DNA of 53,258 nucleotides from NCBI GenBank assembly GCA_041652475.1, contig JBAZHG010000004.1, positions 1 to 53,258 of the forward strand, written 5' to 3'. Each line of letters begins with the position of its first letter. The stretch's first letter is position 1. The stretch is from Bacilli bacterium (GTDB taxonomy: Bacteria > Bacillota_I > Bacilli_A > RFN20 > CAG-826). A program made the position numbers and the translations under genes. Of the stretch, positions 17,957 through 26,964 are shown piece after piece. A model generated the notes under the pieces. It did not search any database. It was given only the letters and a program-made list of their open reading frames with translations, and was not told the origin of the DNA.

Positions 17957-18952
17957 ATGAGAAATAACCCCGTCATCAAAAAGGCCAGCCGGCCTTACCG
18001 CCACATACTGAAGCAAATTTACCGTCAAATCAATAAGTACGACCACATCGTCGTTTTCCGGCACCAGATCCCCGATTTTGACGCCTTGGGAACCCAAATG
18101 GGCTTCGTCGCCTGGCTCAAAGACAATTTCCCTTTGAAGGACATCCGTTATGTCGGCGACGACCACACGACTTTCACCCCGCGCCTTTATCCCCCGATGG
18201 AAGTGATTGGCGACCCCTATTTCGAAACGCCGTTTTTAGCCATCGTCCTCGACACCGGCAACCGGGAACGGGTGGCCGACAACCGCTTCACCAAAGCCGC
18301 TTGCATCGTCAAGATCGACCATCATCCGGTGGTCGACTCCTTCGGCCACATCAACCTTGAGGTGACCTCGATGGCGGCCACGAGCGAAATCATCACCAGC
18401 CTGATTTACCAATTCCCGGGCCGACGTGTCCTCTCGAAGACGGCGGCTTCCTACCTTTATTCGGGCATTGCCGGCGATTCGGGCCGCTTCATGTATTCCT
18501 CGACTTCCCCTCACACGTTCGAAACCGCGCGCATCTTGCTGGAGACCGGCATCGATTTGTCGCGGGACGTCTATCAGAAAATGTATTTGAAAAACATCGA
18601 CGACCTCAAGGTCACCGCCTACGTCTTGAACAACTTCACGATTTCACCCCACGGGATCGCCTATTACCTTTTAAGCCGCGAAATCCAAGAACAACTGAAA
18701 ATCACCCCGGAACGGGGCAAGGAAAACGTCAACATCTTCTCGAACATCGACGGCATCAACGTTTGGTGCTCGATCAGCGAGGACCCCAAAGACAATGTCT
18801 GGCGTATCTCAATCCGTTCCAAGGAGAAGGCCATCAACCAGGTGGCGGCCCAGTTCGGCGGAGGCGGCCACGCCCAAGCCAGCGGCGCCAAAATCGACTC
18901 CCTGGACGAACTCCCGAAATTCATCGCCGCCCTCGATACTTTATTCGAATAG
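17957..18952 (+). CDS. nrnA: DHH/DHHA1 phosphoesterase, NrnA-type oligoribonuclease/pAp phosphatase
   Basis: DHH motifs are present: HQIPDFDALGT, LDTGN, KIDHHP, and DHHA1 GGGGHAQASGA. The start is trimmed to MRNNPVIKK (17957). Adjacency to dnaE matches B. subtilis ytqI/nrnA, from memory. Confidence 0.85.
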   Translation: MRNNPVIKKASRPYRHILKQIYRQINKYDHIVVFRHQIPDFDALGTQMGFVAWLKDNFPLKDIRYVGDDHTTFTPRLYPPMEVIGDPYFETPFLAIVLDTGNRERVADNRFTKAACIVKIDHHPVVDSFGHINLEVTSMAATSEIITSLIYQFPGRRVLSKTAASYLYSGIAGDSGRFMYSSTSPHTFETARILLETGIDLSRDVYQKMYLKNIDDLKVTAYVLNNFTISPHGIAYYLLSREIQEQLKITPERGKENVNIFSNIDGINVWCSISEDPKDNVWRISIRSKEKAINQVAAQFGGGGHAQASGAKIDSLDELPKFIAALDTLFE

Positions 18953-19026
18953 ACTCGAATAACGCGACCGCTTTTCCGATATCGGGCCGGCCGCAAATGT
19001 GATAAGATTACAAAGAGGTTTTCGCC

Positions 19027-22000
19027 ATGTTCACACCGCTTCATATTTATACGTCATATTCGTTCCTGCAAAGCGGTTTTACCGTGGCTCATTTGGTCAA
19101 TGCCTTGAAGGAAAAGAACTTTCGGGCCGCGGCCATCACCGACTATCAGGTTTTGTTTGGTCTCCCGGAATTTTTCAGCGAAGCCGCCAAGCAGCAACTT
19201 GACGCCATCCCCGGCCTTGACATCACCTTCAACCAGGAATTAATCACCCTCTTAGCCATCGACGAGACCGGTTACCGCAACTTGATTCAGATCACGAGCG
19301 CCCTTTCCCGCGAACCTCTTAAAGCCGAATTTTTAAAAGAGCATCGCGACGGTTTGCTGGCCGCGGTTTCCACCAAGCAAGGCCAGATACCGGAACTTTT
19401 CAACTCCGACCAGGCGGCGATCCCGGCGGTCTTGGCCCAACTTGACGCCGTTTTCCCCGGCCTTTACCTCGGCCTCGAGATTTACACCTCGAGCGACGGG
19501 GACCTGGCCGACCATCTGCGGGAAGTCGCCAAGAAATACAACTACGAGACAATCGCCTTTCCGTTTGTCAAATACCATAAATCCAGCGACGCCATCATCT
19601 TGAAAATCACCCACGCCATCGCCCATGACGAAACAATCGACGAACACGAGGAAGCGGGACCTTACTATCTTTACGAACTTGAGCAGATTGAGGAACGCTA
19701 TACCCCCGAAGAAATTGCCTTGACGAGCCTCTTGGCTAGCCAAGTCAAGTTCAAATTTGCCCAGAAACGCGGAGCTCTGCTCCAATTTCCCAAGGGCAAA
19801 AACCAATCCGCGGCCAAAATCCTGCGGGAACTGGCCATCGTCGGCTTGCAAAAACGCGCGATCGACTTCACGAACATCGAATACCTGCAACGGCTCGACT
19901 ACGAGCTGCGCATGATCGACGAAATGGGATATTCCGATTATTTTCTAATCGTGTCCGACTATGTAAACCACGCTCGCACGAATGGAATCCCGGTCGGGCC
20001 CGGCCGCGGTTCGGCCCCCGGATCGCTCGTCGGCTACGCCCTCGAAATCACCGACGTCGACCCAATCAAGTACCAACTCCTGTTTGAGAGGTTCTTGAAT
20101 CCTTCCCGCAAGACGATGCCAGACATCGACATCGATTTTGCCGACATCCGCCGCGAGGAAGTAATCGATTACCTGCGCCAAAAATACGGTTCTGAGCGGG
20201 TCGCCAACATCATCACTTTCCAAACGATCCAGGCCAAGCAAGCTATCCGCGACATCGGCCGCGTTTATAAATTCTCGCCCCGGACGATCGAGGCCATGGC
20301 CAAATCGCTTCCGGACAGCAAACTCGACCTGCGCACCGCCTTCAAGCGGATCCCGGCTTTCAAAAACGTCGTTCTGGCTGATAAAGAGTGCCTTGAAATC
20401 GTCAAACTGGCGACCCGGATCGAGGGATTGATCCGTCAAAGCGGCATGCATCCGGCCGGCGTCGTTTTGAACGACGAGGACATTCGCCTCTCCTTGCCGG
20501 TGATCGAAAATAACGGCAACCTCATCACCCAATACGAAATGGACTATCTCGAAGACCAAGGTTTCCTCAAGATGGACATCCTCGGGCTCCGAAATTTGAC
20601 CATCGTCGACAATTGTTTGAAGCTGATCAAGGAAAACCACGGCGTCGACCTCTCGATGAACGCCATTCCTTACACCGACCCCAAGATCTTCGATTTGATT
20701 CGCAGCGGGTTGACCATGGGCCTCTTCCAGCTCGAAAGCGATGGGATGCGGCGGGCCATCAAGGAAATAAAGCCGACCAGTTTCGACGACATCGTGGTCC
20801 TCTTGGCCATTTTCCGGCCCGGTCCGATGGATAACCTCGCCAGCTATGCCGCCCGCAAGGCCGGGACCGAGAACGCCTCGATCCTCGACGCCCAATTGAA
20901 CGACATCTTGATGCCGACTTATGGCATCATCATCTACCAAGAGCAAATCATGCAGATTGCCGAACGGATGGCCGGGTTCTCGCTCGCCGAAGCCGATTTA
21001 TTCCGGCGCGCCGTCAGCAAGAAAGACGCCGAGAAGCTCCGCGAGCTCCAAGAAAACTTCGTCGAAGGGGCCATCCGCAAGGGCTATCACCAAGCCCATG
21101 CCGTCTCGGTCTTCAACCACATCTACAAATTCGCCGACTACGGTTTCAATAAATCGCATTCGGTCGCCTACGCCGTCTTGGCTTGCCAAATGGCCTATTT
21201 GAAGGTTTATTACCCCTATGAGTTCTACGCGGCCATCCTCGAGACGAGCAACGCCATCAACGACACCAAATTTTCCTACTACATCGAAGAATTGCAGCAA
21301 CTCAAGGTTACGATCGCCAATCCCGACGTCAACCAATCGAACCTCTCCTTCAGCGTCCACAACCAAAAGCTTTATTTCCCCTTGAACGCCATCCGCGGCA
21401 TTTCGGCGGACATGGCTTCGCGCATCGTTGAAGAACGCGAACTCAACGGCCCTTTCAAGAGTTTCTACGAGTTCATCACCCGGCTCTACACCGACAAGAT
21501 CACCCCGAAGCAAATCGAGCATCTCGTCGACGCCGGGGCCTTCGACGCCATCCACAAGTCACGGGCCACCCTCCGGGCTTCGATCGGGAACGGCCTCCAG
21601 AACGCCGCCATCCATAGCGCCCTCGACGAGCAGCCCGAAAGCCTGATCAAGAACAACATCCCGAGCGCTCGGCTCGTCAACGCCGCCGACGACATGATCG
21701 ACAACGTCGACCGCGAGCTTGAAGCGCTCGGCGTCGTCCTTTCGGCTTCGCCTTACAAACACAAGAAAGCCCTCCTGCGCGGCTATAACTTGACCCCGAT
21801 CAGCGAGGCCAAGGATTCCAAGGGTTCCTTGACGATCGGGGGCATCATCCGCGCCCGCAAGGTCATCAAGACGAAGTCCGGCCAACCGATGGCTTTCATG
21901 ACCGTGTACGACGATACCGGCGACATCGAGGTGATCGTTTTCCCGCGGTCGTTCGCCGACGTGGCCACGCAACTCGACAAAAACCGGCTCGTGGTCATCG

Positions 22001-22074
22001 CCGGGCACGTCGAAACTGACAAAACCACCAATTTCGTCGCCGAAAAAATCACCATCATCGAGGAACATCCGTGA
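19027..22074 (+). CDS. dnaE: DNA polymerase III alpha subunit, DnaE type
   Basis: 1015 aa. PHP-domain N-terminus FTPLHIYTSYSFL, the palm PDIDIDF, FNKSHSVAYA, and a C-terminal OB fold. Confidence 0.95.
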   Translation: MFTPLHIYTSYSFLQSGFTVAHLVNALKEKNFRAAAITDYQVLFGLPEFFSEAAKQQLDAIPGLDITFNQELITLLAIDETGYRNLIQITSALSREPLKAEFLKEHRDGLLAAVSTKQGQIPELFNSDQAAIPAVLAQLDAVFPGLYLGLEIYTSSDGDLADHLREVAKKYNYETIAFPFVKYHKSSDAIILKITHAIAHDETIDEHEEAGPYYLYELEQIEERYTPEEIALTSLLASQVKFKFAQKRGALLQFPKGKNQSAAKILRELAIVGLQKRAIDFTNIEYLQRLDYELRMIDEMGYSDYFLIVSDYVNHARTNGIPVGPGRGSAPGSLVGYALEITDVDPIKYQLLFERFLNPSRKTMPDIDIDFADIRREEVIDYLRQKYGSERVANIITFQTIQAKQAIRDIGRVYKFSPRTIEAMAKSLPDSKLDLRTAFKRIPAFKNVVLADKECLEIVKLATRIEGLIRQSGMHPAGVVLNDEDIRLSLPVIENNGNLITQYEMDYLEDQGFLKMDILGLRNLTIVDNCLKLIKENHGVDLSMNAIPYTDPKIFDLIRSGLTMGLFQLESDGMRRAIKEIKPTSFDDIVVLLAIFRPGPMDNLASYAARKAGTENASILDAQLNDILMPTYGIIIYQEQIMQIAERMAGFSLAEADLFRRAVSKKDAEKLRELQENFVEGAIRKGYHQAHAVSVFNHIYKFADYGFNKSHSVAYAVLACQMAYLKVYYPYEFYAAILETSNAINDTKFSYYIEELQQLKVTIANPDVNQSNLSFSVHNQKLYFPLNAIRGISADMASRIVEERELNGPFKSFYEFITRLYTDKITPKQIEHLVDAGAFDAIHKSRATLRASIGNGLQNAAIHSALDEQPESLIKNNIPSARLVNAADDMIDNVDRELEALGVVLSASPYKHKKALLRGYNLTPISEAKDSKGSLTIGGIIRARKVIKTKSGQPMAFMTVYDDTGDIEVIVFPRSFADVATQLDKNRLVVIAGHVETDKTTNFVAEKITIIEEHP

Positions 22075-23198
22075 AACGGCTGACGATTATCGACGGCAAT
22101 TCCCTCCTGTTCCGAGCCTATTACGCCTCGGCCTACCCCGGCACCACCTTGATGCGGACCAAAGACGGCATCCCGACCAACGCCATCTACATTTTCGCCA
22201 ACATGTTGGTGCGAATACTCGCGGATATCGTGCCGGATGACGGCCTTTTGGTCGCCTTCGACACCGGGGCGAAAACCTTCCGTCACCAACAATTGGAAAC
22301 CTACAAAGCCCAACGCAAAAAAGCTCCCGACGAGCTAGTCGCTCAAATGCCGATTGCCCGCGAGCTTCTTTCGGCCTTGGGCGTATTCACCTTCGAGATG
22401 AACGGCTATGAAGGCGACGACGTGGCCGGAAGCGCCGCTTTTTTGGCTCATAGGCAAGGCCACGAAGTGCACCTTTACACCTCCGACCGCGACTTCCTTC
22501 AGCTCGTCAACACCACCATTAAGGTCCATCTGATCAAACGGGGGATGTCCGACATCCGGATCATGAACCGCGACCGCGTCATCGAAGAATACGGATTGAC
22601 TCCCGAGCAAATACCCGATTTCAAAGGCCTGTGCGGCGACGCCAGCGACAACCTGCCCGGCATCCCCGGCATCGGTGAAAAAACGGCCACCAAACTATTG
22701 GCCGAATACGGCACGTTTGAAGCCATACTCGCCCAAGCCGACGCCATCGGCGGGAAAATCGGCGCCAACTTGAAGGAGCACCAAGCCATCGGAGCCCTTT
22801 CCAAACAACTGGCCATCATCGATACCGCGATGAAACTGCCGTTTGCCTTGGACGACACGGTTTACCATGGATACGATTTCGAAACGGTCACCGCCTTCGG
22901 GGCTCGCTATGAGCTGAAGACGTTTTTGACCAAATTGCCGACCGGGTGGAGAGTCAACCAAGACGCCGTGGCCTTGGAAGTGCGCGAAGTGGCCTCCTTG
23001 TCCGCTTTCAAGCATCGGGGCGCCGTCGGGCTCTACTTCGACGCCGCCGGTGGCAACTATCACAAAAACGCCGTATATGGACTCGCCCTGAGCGGCACCG
23101 AAACGACCGTTTACCTATCGCTTGAAGCTGCCCGAAAAGATCCGGCCCTCCTGAGATTTTACGCGACGCGACCGTCACCAAATACGTTTACGACCTGA
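22071..23198 (+). CDS. polA: DNA polymerase I, N-terminal segment (5'-3' exonuclease plus start of the 3'-5'-exo-like domain); frame terminates prematurely
   Basis: GTG start overlapping the dnaE stop (GTGA). FEN motifs are present: LTIIDGNSLLFRAYYA, YKAQRKK, GYEGDDVAGS, GDASDNLPGIPGIGEKTA. The reading frame is lost near 23126-23155. Confidence 0.85.
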   Translation: MKRLTIIDGNSLLFRAYYASAYPGTTLMRTKDGIPTNAIYIFANMLVRILADIVPDDGLLVAFDTGAKTFRHQQLETYKAQRKKAPDELVAQMPIARELLSALGVFTFEMNGYEGDDVAGSAAFLAHRQGHEVHLYTSDRDFLQLVNTTIKVHLIKRGMSDIRIMNRDRVIEEYGLTPEQIPDFKGLCGDASDNLPGIPGIGEKTATKLLAEYGTFEAILAQADAIGGKIGANLKEHQAIGALSKQLAIIDTAMKLPFALDDTVYHGYDFETVTAFGARYELKTFLTKLPTGWRVNQDAVALEVREVASLSAFKHRGAVGLYFDAAGGNYHKNAVYGLALSGTETTVYLSLEAARKDPALLRFYATRPSPNTFTT

Positions 23199-24664
23199 AA
23201 ACCACTTACGTCTATTGCCACCGGTTCGGACTGCCACTTTCCGGTCCCTATGTCGACTTGCTTCTGGCCGCTTATACCTTGGATACCTCTTCGAACACCG
23301 CCCCTGAAGCGATTCTTAGCCTGTATGGGGCGAACTTTGCCCTCGAGGACACGGTCGATCTCTTGGAAGCCGGCCAACCGATTTACGCCGGCCAAGTCGC
23401 CTATTTCATGCCGCGCCTGTGGAACAAACTCGAAGCCGAACTCCACATCAAGGACGGCTTATCGATTTTCTATGACGTCGAGATGCCATTGGCCCTCGTC
23501 CTCGCCAAGATGGAACTTGAGGGTTTTCCGATCGATGGCAAACTCTTGAGCGAAATCGGGGCTTCCTTCAAGGAAAAGCTCGACCAAGCGACCCAGCGCG
23601 TCTATGAGGCGGCCGGGCACGAATTCAACGTCGCCTCGCCCAAACAAGTGGCCGCCGTCTTGTTTGACGAACTGGGATTGCCCAAGAACCGCAAGGGTTC
23701 GACCGGAGCCGACGTTTTGAAGTCACTTTCAAATCTTCATCCGCTGCCATCATTGCTCCTCGAGCACCGCAAGTACGCCAAGCTCCTGTCGACCTACATC
23801 GACACTTTGATCGACCATATCTATCCCGACGGCAAGCTTCACGCCGTCTTCAACCAGGCCTTGACGAGCACCGGGCGCCTTTCAAGCACCGACCCGAACC
23901 TCCAAAACATCGCCCTGCGCGACGAAGAAGGCCGTTTGGTGCGCCAAGCGTTTTATTACCCGGATCCTAACTACGTCTTGATGTCCTTCGATTATTCGCA
24001 AATCGAACTGCGGATTCTCGCCCACTTAAGCCATTGCCCGGCTTTGATCGAAGTCTTCAACCGCGACGAGGACATCCATGCGGCCACGGCCAAGCGGCTG
24101 TTCGCCCACGAAGGGGAAATCACCTCATTGATGCGCCGGAGGGCCAAAGCCGTCAATTTTGGGATCATCTACGGCATTTCCGATTGGGGTCTTTCGGAGC
24201 AACTCGAAATACCGCCCCAAGAATCGCGGCAAATCATCAACGCTTTCTATGCGGCCTATCCCGAGATCAAGCAATACATGATCGATTTGGTGGATCAAGT
24301 CCAGAAGAATGGTTTCGTCACCACCTTGACCGGCCGGCGCCGCTACCTCCGGGAAATCCACGACAGCAACTACCAAACCCGGGAATTCGCCAAGCGGGCG
24401 GCCATGAACGCCCCGATCCAGGGCACGGCCGCCGATCTCATCAAACTGGCCATGATCAAAATCGACGACGAGCTCACAAGCCGCAAGTTGGCGAGCCGCC
24501 TTGTCTTGCAGATCCACGACGAATTGGTGTTCAAAGTGCCGCTTGATGAAATCGAAATCATCAAACCTTTGGTTTTGCGGACGATGGAAAACGCCCTTCC
24601 CCTCAATGTCAAGCTCCAAGTGGTGGCCACCCAAGGCCGGACTTGGTACGATTTGAAGGATTGA
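23126..24664 (+). CDS. polA: DNA polymerase I, C-terminal segment (polymerase domain), in the -1 frame relative to the N-terminal segment
   Basis: The frame is open from 23126, but the first start-type codon is the TTG at 23258 and it has no SD. Family A motifs are present: DYSQIELRILAH (motif A), RRRAKAVNFGIIYG (motif B), QIHDELVF (motif C). The sequence EILRDATVTKYVYDLKTTY continues the upstream ORF if 1 nt is restored. Confidence 0.85.
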   Translation, partial: SCPKRSGPPEILRDATVTKYVYDLKTTYVYCHRFGLPLSGPYVDLLLAAYTLDTSSNTAPEAILSLYGANFALEDTVDLLEAGQPIYAGQVAYFMPRLWNKLEAELHIKDGLSIFYDVEMPLALVLAKMELEGFPIDGKLLSEIGASFKEKLDQATQRVYEAAGHEFNVASPKQVAAVLFDELGLPKNRKGSTGADVLKSLSNLHPLPSLLLEHRKYAKLLSTYIDTLIDHIYPDGKLHAVFNQALTSTGRLSSTDPNLQNIALRDEEGRLVRQAFYYPDPNYVLMSFDYSQIELRILAHLSHCPALIEVFNRDEDIHAATAKRLFAHEGEITSLMRRRAKAVNFGIIYGISDWGLSEQLEIPPQESRQIINAFYAAYPEIKQYMIDLVDQVQKNGFVTTLTGRRRYLREIHDSNYQTREFAKRAAMNAPIQGTAADLIKLAMIKIDDELTSRKLASRLVLQIHDELVFKVPLDEIEIIKPLVLRTMENALPLNVKLQVVATQGRTWYDLKD

Positions 24665-24666
24665 AT

Positions 24667-26097
24667 ATGCCGGAACTACCCGAAGTCGAAACCGTCCGCC
24701 GGCTCTTGGAACCGGCCATCATCGATCGAACGATCGCCCAAGTGACCGTCCATTATTGGCGCATGGTCCAATCGGACCACGCCCGTTTTGTCCCGACCTT
24801 GGTCGGACGCACTTTTAAAAAAATCGATCGCGTCGGAAAATTCCTCGTTTTCAGGTTCGATACCGATTTGATCATGATTTCGCACCTGCGGATGGAAGGT
24901 AAGTTTCTGGCTCTCAAGGGCCATGAGCCCGACAGCGATTATGCCCGGGTGGTTTTCCATTTTACCGACGGCGGCAAGCTCGTCTATGACGATTCGCGTT
25001 GCTTCGGGATCATGAAACTGACCACGTCCGATCGCTATCTATGCGAAGAACCGCTGACCAAAGTCGGCCCGGAACCCTTCGTGATCGAAAGCGCTGAGGG
25101 ATTATGGTCGGCCTACCGGAAGTCGACCCGCCCAATCAAAGAACTCTTGTTGGACCAAACCGTGATGACCGGACTCGGCAACATCTACGCCGACGAGGTC
25201 CTCTTCAAAGCCAGAATCCATCCGGAGTTGCCTGGAAACCTCTTGACGCTGAAAGAGGCGAAACGCCTCCTTGAATATTCAAAAACGGTTTTGGCCGAAG
25301 CCATCGAAGCCGGCGGGTCGACGGTGCGGACTTATCATGCCGCCCAGGGGGTCGACGGCCGCTTCCAGCAAAAGCTTTTGGCTTACGACCGCGGTGGCGA
25401 ACCCTGTCTCCGCTGCGGCCACCCGCTCACGAAAATCAAGGTCAAGGGCCGGGGTTCGACTTATTGCCCCCGCTGCCAAATCAACCGGGCGATTCCTCTC
25501 GTCGTCGCCGTGACCGGGACGATGCATTCGGGCAAATCGACCCTGCTCCACATCGCCGCGGAACGCGGCTATCCGGCTTTGTCAAGCGACGCCTTGGTCA
25601 AAGAACTATATGAAGAACCGGGGAGCCTTTCGAAGCTCGAGTCGATCATCAAGGCCCCTTTCCCGAACCATCAATACGAATCCGGATGGGTTTTACACGC
25701 CATCCTTAAGGATCCCAAGACGAAAAAACGCCTGGAGAAATGGGTCCATCCCACCATTAAGAAGCGCGTCTTGGCTTGGATTGCGCGCCAAAGGGCAAGC
25801 CACGTCTTCATCGAGGTTCCGCTCCTTTATGAAGCCGGATGGGACGGTTTCGCCCAGTATGTCATCGGAGTCAAAGTCGCGCCGGCGCTTCTTAGAAAAC
25901 GCATCGAGGCCGATTATCCGAATCCGGAAATGGCTCTGTCCCTGGCGGCCACCAACCAATTCCCGTCCTACGAAAAACGCGTCGATCGGCTTTTGGTCAA
26001 CGACGCGTCTTATGAAGTTTTTCTAGCCGAAGCGCGACAAGCGATCGAGGCGGCAATAACCGAATCAATAAAGGCCGCTCAGTCCGCCGACTTCTAG
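24667..26097 (+). CDS. Fusion protein: formamidopyrimidine-DNA glycosylase (Fpg/MutM) plus dephospho-CoA kinase (CoaE)
   Basis: 476 aa from MPELPEVETVRR, the catalytic Pro2-Glu3 N-terminus. It has the H2TH region and the C4 zinc finger CLRCGHPLTKIKVKGRGSTYCPRCQ. After a 6-aa linker (INRAIP) comes the CoaE-like LVVAVTGTMHSGKSTLL P-loop and about 190 aa more. There is no stop or start codon between the two modules. Confidence 0.82.
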   Translation: MPELPEVETVRRLLEPAIIDRTIAQVTVHYWRMVQSDHARFVPTLVGRTFKKIDRVGKFLVFRFDTDLIMISHLRMEGKFLALKGHEPDSDYARVVFHFTDGGKLVYDDSRCFGIMKLTTSDRYLCEEPLTKVGPEPFVIESAEGLWSAYRKSTRPIKELLLDQTVMTGLGNIYADEVLFKARIHPELPGNLLTLKEAKRLLEYSKTVLAEAIEAGGSTVRTYHAAQGVDGRFQQKLLAYDRGGEPCLRCGHPLTKIKVKGRGSTYCPRCQINRAIPLVVAVTGTMHSGKSTLLHIAAERGYPALSSDALVKELYEEPGSLSKLESIIKAPFPNHQYESGWVLHAILKDPKTKKRLEKWVHPTIKKRVLAWIARQRASHVFIEVPLLYEAGWDGFAQYVIGVKVAPALLRKRIEADYPNPEMALSLAATNQFPSYEKRVDRLLVNDASYEVFLAEARQAIEAAITESIKAAQSADF

Positions 26098-26964
26098 TTC
26101 GTTTTCGGCATAGTCCTTCAGCAAGCGGACCAGCTGGCGACTGCGAATCTTCCCGGCATCGCTCGTCGCGTACAAGGTGCCGATCTCATGAATTTTGAAA
26201 TCACTCGTGAACAGGGTGGTTTTTTTGTTTTTGGCCCGTTCGAGAAGGAGCGGATAGACGATTTGGTCCCGGAGAAAATCGCTTTTGTATTCGTTGCCGA
26301 AATCGTCGATTCCCAGGACATCGATCGTCGTCAAGCGTTCGAACAGCTGTTTGAAACCGGGCTTGTCGTTGATGGCCGCGTCCAGCAGTTCCTTGAAGCG
26401 GACCCCGGCGTTGATGACGGCCGCCTGCTTGGCCCCCTGCGAGAGCAGTTCATTTATGAAAGCCACCATCAGGTAACTCTTGCCGACCCGATGGGCCCCG
26501 GTCAGGAAGAGCCAGCGCGAGGTTTGGCCGCGGATGACCCCCAAGGCGGCGGCAATCACTTGGCTGCGCGATTGCTTGCCGTCGAGGGACGCCAGGGTGG
26601 CGTCTTTCCACTTCTCGTCGAAATCGTCGTATAGATACCGGCGGTCTTGTTCCAATTTGGCCATCAGGAGCGGGCAAGGGGCGAAGGTCCGCTCGATGAA
26701 GCGACCGACCCGTTCCAGGCGAACCTGGTAATGGCGCTGGGGTTTCTTGCAACCGGACAGGTCCGGGCATTTCGAACAATAGGCTTGATCGTCTTGGAAG
26801 GCGATGAAAGCGGCGATGTTTTCCTTGACCTCGGCTTCGCTAGCTCCAAGGCGCTGGATTTCTTGGTTGATGCGCGGGTTGGCCATCAATGCTTGGTACT
26901 GTTCGTCGATCGCCGCGTCGAGGTTGTCGTCGAAGAGATCGGTTATTTTGACCTTATCCATCAT
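26065..26964 (-). CDS. dnaI: Primosomal helicase loader DnaI
   Basis: 299 aa. N-terminal Cys-rich zinc region (CSKCPDLSGCKKP...APCP) and an AAA+ Walker A LFLTGAHRVGKSYL plus a DDFG Walker B. It lies downstream of and overlaps the dnaB-type gene. Confidence 0.85.
   Translation of the reverse strand: MMDKVKITDLFDDNLDAAIDEQYQALMANPRINQEIQRLGASEAEVKENIAAFIAFQDDQAYCSKCPDLSGCKKPQRHYQVRLERVGRFIERTFAPCPLLMAKLEQDRRYLYDDFDEKWKDATLASLDGKQSRSQVIAAALGVIRGQTSRWLFLTGAHRVGKSYLMVAFINELLSQGAKQAAVINAGVRFKELLDAAINDKPGFKQLFERLTTIDVLGIDDFGNEYKSDFLRDQIVYPLLLERAKNKKTTLFTSDFKIHEIGTLYATSDAGKIRSRQLVRLLKDYAENELEVGGLSGLY

Noticed and set aside
17852-18166. N-terminal 105-codon extension of the ARH-like ORF (track ORF 16925-18166)
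   Set aside because: The extension runs antisense through the nrnA start, RBS and promoter, and its sequence (MVVADITDVLQREIVFEPGDEAH...) looks like a shadow of nrnA. The internal MKKRL start at 17851 is preferred.
19945-20946. 333-aa minus-strand ORF inside dnaE (and similar ones at 19333-19890, 20998-21555, 21559-22068, 21783-22313)
   Set aside because: These are antisense shadow ORFs of dnaE/polA with low-complexity D/V/G/A-rich translations. The plus strand carries unmistakable Pol III alpha and Pol I motifs.
23135-23160. Programmed -1 ribosomal frameshift as the explanation for the polA break
   Set aside because: There is no X XXY YYZ slippery heptamer and no obvious downstream stimulatory hairpin in the 73-nt overlap. 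A simple 1-nt indel (real or an assembly error) is more parsimonious. It is kept only as a remote alternative in the polA finding.
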